Counted from the first letter of the stretch, positions 19,298 to 28,436 are shown. The stretch: DNA of 64,000 nt from an uncultured Bdellovibrionales bacterium (GCA_964436855.1 CAYTED010000005.1:2539-66538); one strand, 5' to 3'. Program-made: numbers and translations. The notes: generated by a model from the sequence alone, not told the origin.

Positions 19298-19425
19298 TTG
19301 ACAATTGAAATTTTTTCTGCTATTCTTTCTTTACAAACGGCTTCGGCCTCGGGATGTCCGAAAGGGCATCTCAGACAAATTCAGTAAAAGCGGTTACCAA
19401 AGCAATGCGGCAACCGCTTTTCTTA
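19298..19425 (+). ncRNA. candidate small RNA: promoter, structured ~90-nt transcript and terminator hairpin
   Basis: TTGACA at 19298-19303, 17 nt spacer, TATTCT at 19321-19326. The transcript contains a GAAA-capped 7-bp hairpin (gaugucc-GAAA-gggcauc). It ends in the hairpin aaaagcggtt...aaccgctttt followed by a T-rich tail. Confidence 0.25.
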
Positions 19426-19786
19426 ATTCTTGAAACTGTTTTTCCGGCAAAACCGCCAATTTCTTTTTCAATCGTTTTACATCAACCAATCGAAGCTGCG
19501 ACAGAATAGCCTGCCGTTCTCGATCGTCACTCAAATCAATGTCGAAATAATATTTCCCCTTTTTTATTTTCGTCGTCAATGGAATCGCCCAGAACACCTC
19601 TTTATTGAATTGTTTCAAAATGATGACCGGTCGCATAAAATCTTCTCCCTTGCCGTCCTGTTCATACCCAACATTAACACCCAAAGCACACCACCATATT
19701 TCACGTTCATTGAAATACACTCTCACTTGAGTGTTCTTATGCAAATTTTCTTTTTTCGTATGCCAGGGCTGAAAATCTTTTTTCAT
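19394..19786 (-). CDS. MazF/PemK-family endoribonuclease toxin-like protein with a ~20-aa N-terminal extension
   Basis: IWWCALGVNVGYEQDGKGEDFMRPVIIL...AIPLTTK aligns with the MazF/EndoA core (GsEQ.G.RPvlVI...P.T). Confidence 0.65.
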   Translation of the reverse strand: MKKDFQPWHTKKENLHKNTQVRVYFNEREIWWCALGVNVGYEQDGKGEDFMRPVIILKQFNKEVFWAIPLTTKIKKGKYYFDIDLSDDRERQAILSQLRLVDVKRLKKKLAVLPEKQFQELRKAVAALLW

Positions 19787-20049
19787 CTTTCAGTTTGAAC
19801 ATTTTTCCCTCCTTGAAAGATAGGTGTCTTTGACCTTTCACTCTTTTGTTCGTACTTGAGTTCTTTTTCTGTTTGAGCCTTCCGCTCATCGAGACGAACA
19901 ATGGGAGAGTTCGTGACATCTTCTACGATACTTTCCGACTTGCCGACGACATACCATGAAAGGAGTACCGAAAGAAGCCCCACAAGCACAAACGCGAGTC
20001 CGCCGGATATATTTTGGCGAGGATTGAGATTATAGAAAGTCTTTTGCAT
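19783..20049 (-). CDS. small membrane protein, putative partner of the MazF-like gene
   Basis: ATGA overlap with the downstream MazF-like gene. One TM helix GGLAFVLVGLLSVLLSWYVV and a charged tail. No MazE/AbrB or RHH features. Confidence 0.35.
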   Translation of the reverse strand: MQKTFYNLNPRQNISGGLAFVLVGLLSVLLSWYVVGKSESIVEDVTNSPIVRLDERKAQTEKELKYEQKSERSKTPIFQGGKNVQTER

Positions 20050-20097
20050 TCTATTTTGTTTATTTTTTATGATTCTTGTTTTCTTCTTTTTAGAATA

Positions 20098-21330
20098 TCA
20101 TTTTTTGTTTTTTAGGATATTCTCCAAAATCTCTTCGTCTTTGCACTCGAACTCATCGTTCGGCGCGTAGAAGTGCGTCGTCGGACCATAACACCCTCCA
20201 TTGTCCCCGTGAAGCCGCGCGAGCACCGGAAGAAGAAATCCGTGCCCGCGAGAAGTAAAATATTCGTACAGATTCTCAAGCGTTTGTTTTCGCTTGCTCC
20301 GATTCATTCGCGAAAACCTCGCCATATCGTCATTTTTCTTTCCGCTCCAATCAAGATGAAGCAATACATTTTTCGCTTTTTTCGCATACCGATCGTTCCA
20401 CAGAAGCGCCCAACACCAATCCCCCTCTTCTTGATACCATCTCGGATGACAAGCATCGTCTTTCGGAAAATCACCGTCATCATTGATACCAACGCCGCCT
20501 TCGATATAGTCAAACAGTCGGAGATACCGCTCATCTTCGATATCGTTCGTCTGCGCGCCAATCACGATTTTCATCCCGAGCCAATCCGCGTATGCGTGCA
20601 TATCGGCGATCACATCGCGCACCCAGTATCGCTTCAGCCCCGCCGACTCTTGGTAGAAAATCTGTCCGAACAAAAACGATTGCACGCCGCGATCCATCGC
20701 TTCGCGGGTAATCGCCCGAAGGTATTTCCGATACTCGCTTTTCTCAAATGACGGCTTGCACGTATGTTCTCCCCAAAAATTATTCGACCCATCCCGACAC
20801 ATTTCACTAAATTCAAAATCCCGATTCTCCTCCTCAAAGGAGTAATCCGCCTTCTTATCAATCGCCTCGGCGATAAACATCCCATAAACGATATCTTTTT
20901 TCTTGATCTGTTTTTTTACCTTGTCAATCTCTTTCCAGTCCGGCGGCTCAAGCCATGTCTCAATCGCGCGATGAAGATAATAACAATCCGATCGATTGAT
21001 ATATTTCGCCATTCGCTCTTCTTTTTTTCCGTATCCGCTTAAAAGTCCATCCGCGATACACCCTTCTTTTTTCATCCGTTCCATATCGGGTGGCGGTGGC
21101 GGCGTCAGAAACGGTCTCTTTTTTTCATTCAATACTTCAATCGGCTTTGGCGGTTCTTTTTTGGGAATCGGCTGCATTTCAGCGAGTGTTTTGTCTGTTT
21201 CTTTCGCAAGATTCCGAACATCGTTCGATACCCACAATACCCACGCCAAAACAATACTTGCCACACCAAGTATGAGCGCTATCGCTCCCCATTTTTGAAC
21301 TTCGATTCTTTGCATACCCGTTTCTTCCAT
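20098..21330 (-). CDS. membrane-anchored hypothetical protein with a Pro-rich linker and a large extracytoplasmic domain
   Basis: N-terminal TM helix, a PPPPP linker, and a Trp/Asp-rich C-terminal domain. No confidently recognised family. Confidence 0.45.
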   Translation of the reverse strand: MEETGMQRIEVQKWGAIALILGVASIVLAWVLWVSNDVRNLAKETDKTLAEMQPIPKKEPPKPIEVLNEKKRPFLTPPPPPDMERMKKEGCIADGLLSGYGKKEERMAKYINRSDCYYLHRAIETWLEPPDWKEIDKVKKQIKKKDIVYGMFIAEAIDKKADYSFEEENRDFEFSEMCRDGSNNFWGEHTCKPSFEKSEYRKYLRAITREAMDRGVQSFLFGQIFYQESAGLKRYWVRDVIADMHAYADWLGMKIVIGAQTNDIEDERYLRLFDYIEGGVGINDDGDFPKDDACHPRWYQEEGDWCWALLWNDRYAKKAKNVLLHLDWSGKKNDDMARFSRMNRSKRKQTLENLYEYFTSRGHGFLLPVLARLHGDNGGCYGPTTHFYAPNDEFECKDEEILENILKNKK

Positions 21331-21419
21331 TTTACACCCGAATCAATGGTCTCGACAGTTGCGTATATTTATTTCCTTTCGTATAATGAATACAAAGACA
21401 AAAAGAGAAATACAAAACT

Positions 21420-22349
21420 ATGTCATCTCATTCCACCGCTCACCAACCGGAAACCCACGAAGAGTCCGATCGATTACAAAAAGTCCAATCGCTCCGAGAA
21501 ATGATCGCGCACGCCGAACGTACCATGCAAAGCGCCAAGGCGATGCTTCTTCAGCTTGAGGGCAAAAAGAAAACCGGTCGACCGCGAAAGGTCGAATCGG
21601 GCGATGGCTCTGTCATCGAGGGTACCTTCGACGGTCAATTGATGCTCGGTACCGATGGAAAACAGTATCCCGTCCCCGCAAACTACGCCTCGAAGTCAAA
21701 ACTCGTCGAGGGCGATATGCTCAAACTCACCATCACCAGCGATGGAACGTTTCTCTATAAACAAATCGGTCCCACCGATCGCCGGCATCTCCTCGGTGTT
21801 GTTACGCAAGATGAAAAGGGAAATTATTATGTCGTCGCCGAAGGGACGCCGTATCGGATTCTCCTCGCTTCCATCACTTATTTTCGCGCCGAACCGGGCG
21901 ATGAAGTCGCCATCGTTGTCCCCCGGGATCTCCCCTCGCAATGGGCCGCGCTTGAAAGCATCATTCAAAAAAGCCGACATCAGCTCGACGATCTACCGCT
22001 CCCGCGCGTAACCGGCGATCAGGTGTACGGCAGTTGGAAACACGGCCTCCGAGATACGCCGACCGAGGAAATCGATTCCGAACTCTCGTCGAAGAGCGCT
22101 CCAAAAAAACACGATACCAATATGCTCGATGATTGGGTAAAAGATATGGAAGAAATCGAGAAAGCGGTTCAAAAAGACGCCGAAACCACTTCCGATACAC
22201 ACTCTGCGGGAACCGAGACTTCCGCGTCAACATCAAACGATGCCAATGATCAAAACTTCCTTGACCAATGGATCAAGGATATGGAAGTTATCGAGCAGGA
22301 AATTAAGAAAGAAGAGGCTTCCACCAAAGAACCCGCGCAAAGCGAATAA
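21420..22349 (+). CDS. hypothetical acidic protein with a C-terminal tandem repeat (DDWVKDMEEIEKAVQKD / DQWIKDMEVIEQEIKKE)
   Basis: Clean ORF with an internal approximate repeat. No known domain recognised. Confidence 0.45.
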   Translation: MSSHSTAHQPETHEESDRLQKVQSLREMIAHAERTMQSAKAMLLQLEGKKKTGRPRKVESGDGSVIEGTFDGQLMLGTDGKQYPVPANYASKSKLVEGDMLKLTITSDGTFLYKQIGPTDRRHLLGVVTQDEKGNYYVVAEGTPYRILLASITYFRAEPGDEVAIVVPRDLPSQWAALESIIQKSRHQLDDLPLPRVTGDQVYGSWKHGLRDTPTEEIDSELSSKSAPKKHDTNMLDDWVKDMEEIEKAVQKDAETTSDTHSAGTETSASTSNDANDQNFLDQWIKDMEVIEQEIKKEEASTKEPAQSE

Positions 22350-22354
22350 CAATT

Positions 22355-22969
22355 ATGAATACCCTAGCTCTCCGCGATCTTCTTTTTGCCGCAATCAATG
22401 GTGCCTTTATCGGACTTCTCGCTCCGTTTATTTTTCGCAACTTGTTTTCCGGTTCGCTTGCGCACATTCCGGTTATCGCTTTTGTGATCGTGCTCTCGAT
22501 ACTGTCGGCTCTTGGTATTGCCATTGGATACCTTCTCGGAAAATACATTCGATCATTTTTCTATCAACTCTCCAAATTCGGATTGATCGGCGTCGCAAAT
22601 ACCGTCATCGATCTCGGTATTTACAATTTGTTTATCTATTTCAGTGATGTTTCAAGCGGATATCTTATTTCAGTCTTCAAAAGTTTCTCCGTCCTTGCCG
22701 CAATTATCAACAGCTATATCTGGAACAAATTTTGGTCATTCGAGAAAAAAGAAGGGAAAAACATCGGTGAAGAATTTACGCAATTTCTCGCGGTCAGCCT
22801 GATCGGACTTCTCCTTAACGTCGGTATTACTTCACTGGTTGTAAATGTTATCGGCACGCCGGCCAGTATGAACGATAAGGCATGGGCAAATGTCGGCGGC
22901 CTTACCGCCTCGATCCTCGTCCTCACCTGGAATTTTGTGGGGTATAAGTTTTTCGTGTTTAAAAAGTAG
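22355..22969 (+). CDS. GtrA-family membrane protein, apparently duplicated GtrA fold
   Basis: GtrA C-terminal signatures appear twice: IWNKFWSFEK and WNFVGYKFFVF. About 6 TM helices. Confidence 0.55.
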   Translation: MNTLALRDLLFAAINGAFIGLLAPFIFRNLFSGSLAHIPVIAFVIVLSILSALGIAIGYLLGKYIRSFFYQLSKFGLIGVANTVIDLGIYNLFIYFSDVSSGYLISVFKSFSVLAAIINSYIWNKFWSFEKKEGKNIGEEFTQFLAVSLIGLLLNVGITSLVVNVIGTPASMNDKAWANVGGLTASILVLTWNFVGYKFFVFKK

Positions 22970-22991
22970 ATTGATTTTGAGTCATAAAGTC

Positions 22992-23014
22992 AATCCCTCT
23001 TCGGAGGGATTTTT
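22992..23014 (+). terminator. rho-independent terminator after the GtrA-like gene
   Basis: aatccctc-ttcg-gagggatt followed by TTTT. Confidence 0.55.
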
Positions 23015-23022
23015 GCTATAAT
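23014..23022 (+). promoter_or_regulatory. extended -10 element TGcTATAAT upstream of dnaX
   Basis: Perfect TATAAT with an upstream TG, about 50 nt before the dnaX ATG at 23072. Confidence 0.35.
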
Positions 23023-23071
23023 TTGAGCATTGGAATGTGAATTGAAATTCAAAATTATACGTTTATTTCTT

Positions 23072-24682
23072 ATGTCTTTCTACCGAAAATACCGTCCACA
23101 GTTTTTCTCCGAAGTTGTCGGACAGGAATCGATCGTTCGAATCCTCTCCAATAGCCTTCTCTCCGGAAAGCCCGGGCAGGCCTATCTCTTTACCGGACCG
23201 CGCGGTACCGGGAAAACCACTCTCGCTCGACTTTTCGCCAAGGCCGCAAATTGCGCGAAACAAAAAAACGGCGAGGCGTGCGGGACATGCGATCACTGCC
23301 TTGCGATGAACGAAGGACGATCCTTTGATGTCATCGAAATCGATGCCGCATCGAATACCGGCGTCGACAATATCCGCGAACTCCGCGAAACGGTCAAGCT
23401 CCCCCCGACACTCGCCCCCTACAAGGTCTATATCATCGACGAGGCGCATATGCTCTCGATCGGCGCGTGGAATGCACTCTTGAAAACACTTGAAGAGCCT
23501 CCGGCGCACGTTATCTTCATTCTCGCCACCACCAATCCGAAAAAAGTTCCCGAGACTATCATTTCGCGCTGTCAGCGATTCGATCTTACCGGATTTCCGG
23601 TTTCAAAAATCGTCGAAAAATTGAAACGTATCGCGAAAGAAGAAAAACTCAAGATCGAAGATGGCGCCCTTGCCCTCGTTGCGAGTGCGGCACGCGGCGG
23701 AATGCGCGATGCTGAATCGCTCTTCGGTCAGGTTGCCGCGCTCTCCGGCAAAGAAATTACCGCCGAAGAAGTTTCCGCGCTCCTCGGACTCACCAACCGC
23801 GAAACGATTGAAGAGTTTCTCGACACCGTTACCACCCGCGGACTCCTCGATTCACTTTCACTCATTCGAACCTTTCCGGATAAAAATATCTCAACAGTCG
23901 ATTTCCTCGAAGCAACCCTCGAACATCTTCGTCTCGTACTGCTTGCCCACTCCGGAGCGATTGCGGATCATCCGGCATTCAACACTCTCACGAAAGAAGA
24001 ATCTTCTCGACTTTTTGATCGCGCGAAAACACTTTCATTCGATACAATCGTCTCCCTCCTTGAACATTTTCAAACCGCGCTCGAGGAATCCAAACACTCA
24101 TCTCTTCCCGAACTCGCGCTCGAAATCGCCGTCGCAAAACTCTCCTTTCCAATGAAAAATATTTCCCCTTCAGATACGCCTCATGGAAACCCTGTTTCCG
24201 AAAAAGAAAAAAAAGAAATTGCTCCTTCCAAAGAATCATCCCTTTCCACATCAACAAAACAAAGCGAGATCCCGCCTTCTCCTATGCCTTCACAACAAAT
24301 CACAAACACGCAGACTCCTCCTGAAACAGCCCCCTCTATCGACATCGAAACAGTCCGCGCGCGTCTTTCGGAAATCGAACGCGAAGCGCTCCGCTTGAAT
24401 GCCTCTCTCACTCTTGGTCTGACAAACAGCTTTCTCACCAAAATCGAAGGAAAAACCGTTTTCTTCGCGGCAAAGTTCCCTTTTCATCGCGACCAACTTA
24501 TGAAACAAGAGAACCGATTGACGCTTGAGAAAGCCTTTGCTACTATCCTCGGATACGAGCTTTCAGTTACGGTCATCCTTGAAAAAGATCTCGAGCAACC
24601 GAAGAAAAGCGACGCCAGTAATCCCCTCCTCTCCAAAGCGATGGAAATGCTCGGCGGAAAGCTCGTCCCGGAGGGAAATTAG
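23072..24682 (+). CDS. dnaX: DNA polymerase III subunit gamma/tau
   Basis: MSFYRKYRPQ.F..VVGQE N-terminus, Walker A GPRGTGKTT, zinc module CGTCDHC, SRC motif. Start moved to the internal ATG at 23072. Confidence 0.9.
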   Translation: MSFYRKYRPQFFSEVVGQESIVRILSNSLLSGKPGQAYLFTGPRGTGKTTLARLFAKAANCAKQKNGEACGTCDHCLAMNEGRSFDVIEIDAASNTGVDNIRELRETVKLPPTLAPYKVYIIDEAHMLSIGAWNALLKTLEEPPAHVIFILATTNPKKVPETIISRCQRFDLTGFPVSKIVEKLKRIAKEEKLKIEDGALALVASAARGGMRDAESLFGQVAALSGKEITAEEVSALLGLTNRETIEEFLDTVTTRGLLDSLSLIRTFPDKNISTVDFLEATLEHLRLVLLAHSGAIADHPAFNTLTKEESSRLFDRAKTLSFDTIVSLLEHFQTALEESKHSSLPELALEIAVAKLSFPMKNISPSDTPHGNPVSEKEKKEIAPSKESSLSTSTKQSEIPPSPMPSQQITNTQTPPETAPSIDIETVRARLSEIEREALRLNASLTLGLTNSFLTKIEGKTVFFAAKFPFHRDQLMKQENRLTLEKAFATILGYELSVTVILEKDLEQPKKSDASNPLLSKAMEMLGGKLVPEGN

Positions 24683-24762
24683 AAGAGATCAATTTAAAGA
24701 ACACAATAAAAAACGAGGCGGATATGCGTGAAGAGTTCTACAAGAAAAACTGAAAAAATTAT

Positions 24763-24837
24763 TGGGGAGTAGCCAAGTGGTAAGGCAGGGGCCTTTGAAG
24801 CCTCCATGCGTAGGTTCGATCCCTACCTCCCCAGCCA
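24763..24837 (+). tRNA. tRNA-Gln (anticodon UUG)
   Basis: Manual cloverleaf: acceptor tggggag/ctcccca, D-arm gcca...ggc, anticodon stem ggggc/gcctc, anticodon loop cTTTGaa, T-arm gtagg-ttcgatc-cctac, discriminator G, encoded CCA. Confidence 0.8.
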
Positions 24838-24861
24838 TCTTGCCAAAATTATAGTACGATT

Positions 24862-25554
24862 ATGAACAGCACCGTTCACTTCAAGGCAAGTCAATCTCTT
24901 CGTGAATTTCAAGAAACAATCAAAATTATTTATGGCCTTCCTGATGATCGGATGTACTCTACCGAAGATATTTTGACACAACAACGCTTTGCCATGAGGA
25001 CACTCAAAGGCATTCGAAAGAACGATCCCGAAAAAATAACACTCAATCTCATGATAGCCCTCTCGTGGCTCATGACGCTATCCAACCGATTGCAAATCGA
25101 TACTACAAAAGAAGTATGGAAACGTTTTCCTGGAATCTGCTCCTATTGCGGGGAAAAACCGTGTGTCTGCAAAAAAGTAAAAGTTCTGCAACGGAAAAAA
25201 ATCGATACAAATATTTCCCGAGAGCCGGTCACGATTCAAAAATTTCAAGAAATGTTTGAGACAATCTACCCTTCTTCCAAGAGGACACTAGCCGATGCTG
25301 GAATCCACTTCGCTGAAGAAGTCGGAGAAGTGAGCGAAGCTATTCATAATTATCTCGGACAACACCTCGAAAAACAATTTAATGATATTGAGCTCGAAAT
25401 AGCTGACGAGATATCCTGCATTTTCGGAGTAGCCAATTCAGCTCATATAAATATTGCCGAGGAGCTTGCAGTCATGTTTGCTGATGGATGCCACATCTGT
25501 CATCATGCTCCATGTGAATGTAGCTTCAGTTTTGTCTCACAAATCAAGACATAG
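24862..25554 (+). CDS. tandem MazG-like (all-alpha NTP pyrophosphohydrolase-like) domain protein with two Cys-rich knuckles
   Basis: Second half carries the EExGE motif (HFAEEVGEVSEAI) and EIADEI. The first half is a similar helical unit. The Cys clusters are CSYCGEKPCVC and CHICHHAPCEC. Confidence 0.5.
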   Translation: MNSTVHFKASQSLREFQETIKIIYGLPDDRMYSTEDILTQQRFAMRTLKGIRKNDPEKITLNLMIALSWLMTLSNRLQIDTTKEVWKRFPGICSYCGEKPCVCKKVKVLQRKKIDTNISREPVTIQKFQEMFETIYPSSKRTLADAGIHFAEEVGEVSEAIHNYLGQHLEKQFNDIELEIADEISCIFGVANSAHINIAEELAVMFADGCHICHHAPCECSFSFVSQIKT

Positions 25555-25655
25555 CAATCTTGATAAAATACAAAAAATTCTCACAAAAATTCTTTCATAA
25601 TCATTTTGCTAGAATAACAGAACTCCATGAGAATGACTCCTTTCAACAAAAAAAT

Positions 25656-25823
25656 ATGCAAAAGAAAATTATTTACGGGATGATGTTTGTCGGTTCAATG
25701 CTCGGAAGCTTTATTCCTCTTCTCTGGGGAGCAAGTACGTTCTCGTTTTCCTCTCTCCTCTTTTCTGGCGCCGGGGCGCTTTTTGGAATATGGTTCGGAT
25801 ATAAACTCGCCAAATCTCTGTAA
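25656..25823 (+). CDS. small hydrophobic protein (hypothetical)
   Basis: MQKKIIYGMMFVGSMLGSFIPLLWG... carries two predicted TM helices and G-rich GxxxG motifs. Start is uncertain. Confidence 0.25.
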   Translation: MQKKIIYGMMFVGSMLGSFIPLLWGASTFSFSSLLFSGAGALFGIWFGYKLAKSL

Positions 25824-25830
25824 AAAAAAT

Positions 25831-26196
25831 ATGGACCGAATATTTATCGAAAAATTGCATATCATCGGGCGACACGGCGTACTCAATCATGAACGAACAT
25901 ACGAGCAGAAGTTTCTCGTCGATATTTCCGCGGATTTCGACACACGAAAGAGTTCGGAGTCAGACAAACTCGAAGATACCCTTGATTATGGAAAAATTCG
26001 CGATATCGCCTGTGATGTTTTTCAGACTCAATCCGTCTATCTCATCGAAAAGCTCGCGCATACGATCGCCGGACGTATCCTCGCGGAAGAGAATCGCATC
26101 ACAAGCATCACTCTGACCATTCGCAAGCCATCTATTTTCCCGAGCGGCATTCCCGGCGTTACCATTGTTCGTACTCGAAAGGATTTTTCTCTCTAG
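25831..26196 (+). CDS. folB: dihydroneopterin aldolase (FolB family)
   Basis: 121 aa. IFIEKLHIIGRHGVLNHER...DYG.I resembles the FolB/tunnel-fold family. Start set to the ATG at 25831. Confidence 0.65.
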   Translation: MDRIFIEKLHIIGRHGVLNHERTYEQKFLVDISADFDTRKSSESDKLEDTLDYGKIRDIACDVFQTQSVYLIEKLAHTIAGRILAEENRITSITLTIRKPSIFPSGIPGVTIVRTRKDFSL

Positions 26197-26255
26197 CACT
26201 CCCTTCAAAAAATGCTTTGCTCTTTTCTTTGTGAGAGCGTAAAATAGAGGAAAAT

Positions 26256-26753
26256 ATGGATTTCTTTCTTGTTTGCATCAATACACTTGGCATGATATTT
26301 GGTGTCGGATCATCGACCTATGCCATCACTTTTTTTCATCAGTCTATCGCTGACGGCGTGATTGATAATACGGAAAAACGCTTTCTTCGTACCGTCTATT
26401 CCCTTCTCCGCGCGGGAATGCTGTTTCTATTCGTCAGTTTCGCTGCGCAAGGCTCTCTCATCGCCACCGGATCGGAATCCGCGATTCTCGTCGGTCGCGA
26501 CACTCTTGCCGTACAAGCAACCCTCCTCATCGCCATTTTCGCAAACGCCCTCCTGATGGATGCTCGAAAAATCCCGATGTGGCTCGGGCCCGCCCTCGCT
26601 GGTGCTTCGTGGTACGGCATTTTCTTTGCCTCCGTCCTTGATATGTATCACTTCCCCTATCCAATGCTCATGCTGTGGTATCTCGTTCTCATTGTCATAT
26701 TCATCATTCTCCTTCGAATAATTCGAGAATATATCATTACAAAAAGAGTATGA
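26256..26753 (+). CDS. integral membrane protein (hypothetical, 4-5 TM)
   Basis: Hydrophobic helices throughout. No recognisable family. Confidence 0.45.
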   Translation: MDFFLVCINTLGMIFGVGSSTYAITFFHQSIADGVIDNTEKRFLRTVYSLLRAGMLFLFVSFAAQGSLIATGSESAILVGRDTLAVQATLLIAIFANALLMDARKIPMWLGPALAGASWYGIFFASVLDMYHFPYPMLMLWYLVLIVIFIILLRIIREYIITKRV

Positions 26754-26950
26754 TCGACCCGGAGCTGCAAATAAAACTCGACGAGCAAAAACAAAAGCTC
26801 GACGCGATTTACGTTTCGGTTGAAAAAACACGGAAATATTTTCTTTGGACACTCGTCGCAACACTCGTTACCTTTGTCCTCCCGCTCATCGCTGTGATCG
26901 CGATCATTCCGTGGTTTCTCTCCACCATGCTCAAATCATATTCTCTCTAA
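26750..26950 (+). CDS. small membrane protein (hypothetical)
   Basis: ATGA overlap with the upstream gene. MIDPELQIKLDEQKQK... followed by one TM helix. Confidence 0.3.
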   Translation: MIDPELQIKLDEQKQKLDAIYVSVEKTRKYFLWTLVATLVTFVLPLIAVIAIIPWFLSTMLKSYSL

Positions 26951-26978
26951 TTCAAAGCGAAAGGCTCTAGGGAGATCC

Positions 26979-28436
26979 TTAGAGCTGTGCAAGATCGAGC
27001 TCTTCGTCGATTCTAATCTGCGCGACGAAGTCGGGAACGTGTGAAACGAGAATCATCGCCCCGGTGTAGTTATTCAGTGCTTCCGCAATCACTGGAATGT
27101 GACGGAAATTGATATGGTTCGTCGGTTCATCGAGAATGAGGAGGCTTGGCTCTTCTGCAACCAGTCGCGCAAAGAGAAGCAATCCTTTCTGTCCCTCTGA
27201 AAGCGTTTCCACTTTGTTTTGCAAGAGTTCCGCTGGGATAAGAAATCGCGCCGCGATTTTGTACACATCTTCTTTGATTCCCTTTTCCATCACTTCTTCG
27301 ATCGCCTCGAAAGCCGTCCGATTGAAATCGAGCGTCGAGAAATCCTGCCGATAATATCCCACTTTTACGCCGGACATAACCTCTACGCGCTCCGGATCGC
27401 CATTCGCAAGCGCTTCAAGAAAGGTTGATTTCCCGATCCCGTTTGGCCCGGAGACAAGCAAATGCATATTTTTCTTCAAAATAAGATCAACCGGCTTCAC
27501 CTTCGGCCCGGCATGATGATCGATCACGGAAACGGTTTTGATATGAACAATCGGACCCACCACGTCGGGCGCGGGAATTGTAAATGACGGAAGGGTCTTA
27601 TCCTCGCGTCGAATATCAACTTTGTTTTCTTCAAGTTCATCCGCGAGATCACGCATACGCTTTGCGACCGCGCGAAGCTTTCCACCCTTGTTCGCAAACA
27701 CATTCGCCTGATCTTTTTTCTCGCGAATGGTTCGCTCGAGACGAACGTTTTCACTTTGTTCTTTCTCGATTCGCCGCTTGATTTCTTCGACCACATCATA
27801 GTAGTCGCCCGTGTACTGCTCGAGCGTATGCGTGTGGACATCGAGATAGAGAACGCCGTGCGTAAAGGCGTTCAAAAAATCCGCGTCGTGCGAAATCACG
27901 AGGACGGTTTTTTCATACTCCATAAGAAACTGCGTCAGGTGCGCGATCCCATCGTAGTCGAGATTATTCGTCGGCTCATCAAGCAAAAGAATATCCGGAT
28001 TTTGTATGAGTGCGGATGCAAGAAGGATGCGCGCCTGCTGCCCGCCGGAAAACTCACTCACCTTCTTTTCCATGGAGGGAAGCGGGAGATTCACCACATT
28101 GAGCACTTCTTTAATTTTTTTTTCGAGTTCCCAGTGCTCACCCTGAAAGTACTTTTCAAAAAAATCTTTTACCGAAAGAATCAGTTCATCGCGCGGAATT
28201 ACTTGGCGACCAATCGCCACGGTCGCGCCGCGATCAATCGATATTCGCCCGCTTTTTGGCTGAAGATCTCCGGTAATAAGTTTGAAGAGAGAGCTTTTCC
28301 CGGCGCCGTTTTGCCCCATAAGTGTCAATTTCGCCCCATTTCGAACCGAAAAACTCACCTCGTCGAGCAGAGGCTTTTTGTGCGCGTATTCGAATGTAAC
28401 GTTTTCAAAACGAAGAACGACACTGTCTTTTGCCAT
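26979..28436 (-). CDS. ABC-F family ATPase (two tandem ABC domains, no TMD)
   Basis: Two Walker A motifs (GQNGAGKSSL, GPNGIGKST), two LSGGQ-like signatures, and an inter-domain charged linker. Confidence 0.8.
   Translation of the reverse strand: MAKDSVVLRFENVTFEYAHKKPLLDEVSFSVRNGAKLTLMGQNGAGKSSLFKLITGDLQPKSGRISIDRGATVAIGRQVIPRDELILSVKDFFEKYFQGEHWELEKKIKEVLNVVNLPLPSMEKKVSEFSGGQQARILLASALIQNPDILLLDEPTNNLDYDGIAHLTQFLMEYEKTVLVISHDADFLNAFTHGVLYLDVHTHTLEQYTGDYYDVVEEIKRRIEKEQSENVRLERTIREKKDQANVFANKGGKLRAVAKRMRDLADELEENKVDIRREDKTLPSFTIPAPDVVGPIVHIKTVSVIDHHAGPKVKPVDLILKKNMHLLVSGPNGIGKSTFLEALANGDPERVEVMSGVKVGYYRQDFSTLDFNRTAFEAIEEVMEKGIKEDVYKIAARFLIPAELLQNKVETLSEGQKGLLLFARLVAEEPSLLILDEPTNHINFRHIPVIAEALNNYTGAMILVSHVPDFVAQIRIDEELDLAQL

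Noticed and set aside
24763-26200. tRNA-Gln-associated integrated genomic island
   Set aside because: There is no integrase or recombinase gene. I found no direct repeat of the tRNA 3' end downstream. The flanking genes (folB, membrane proteins) look core.
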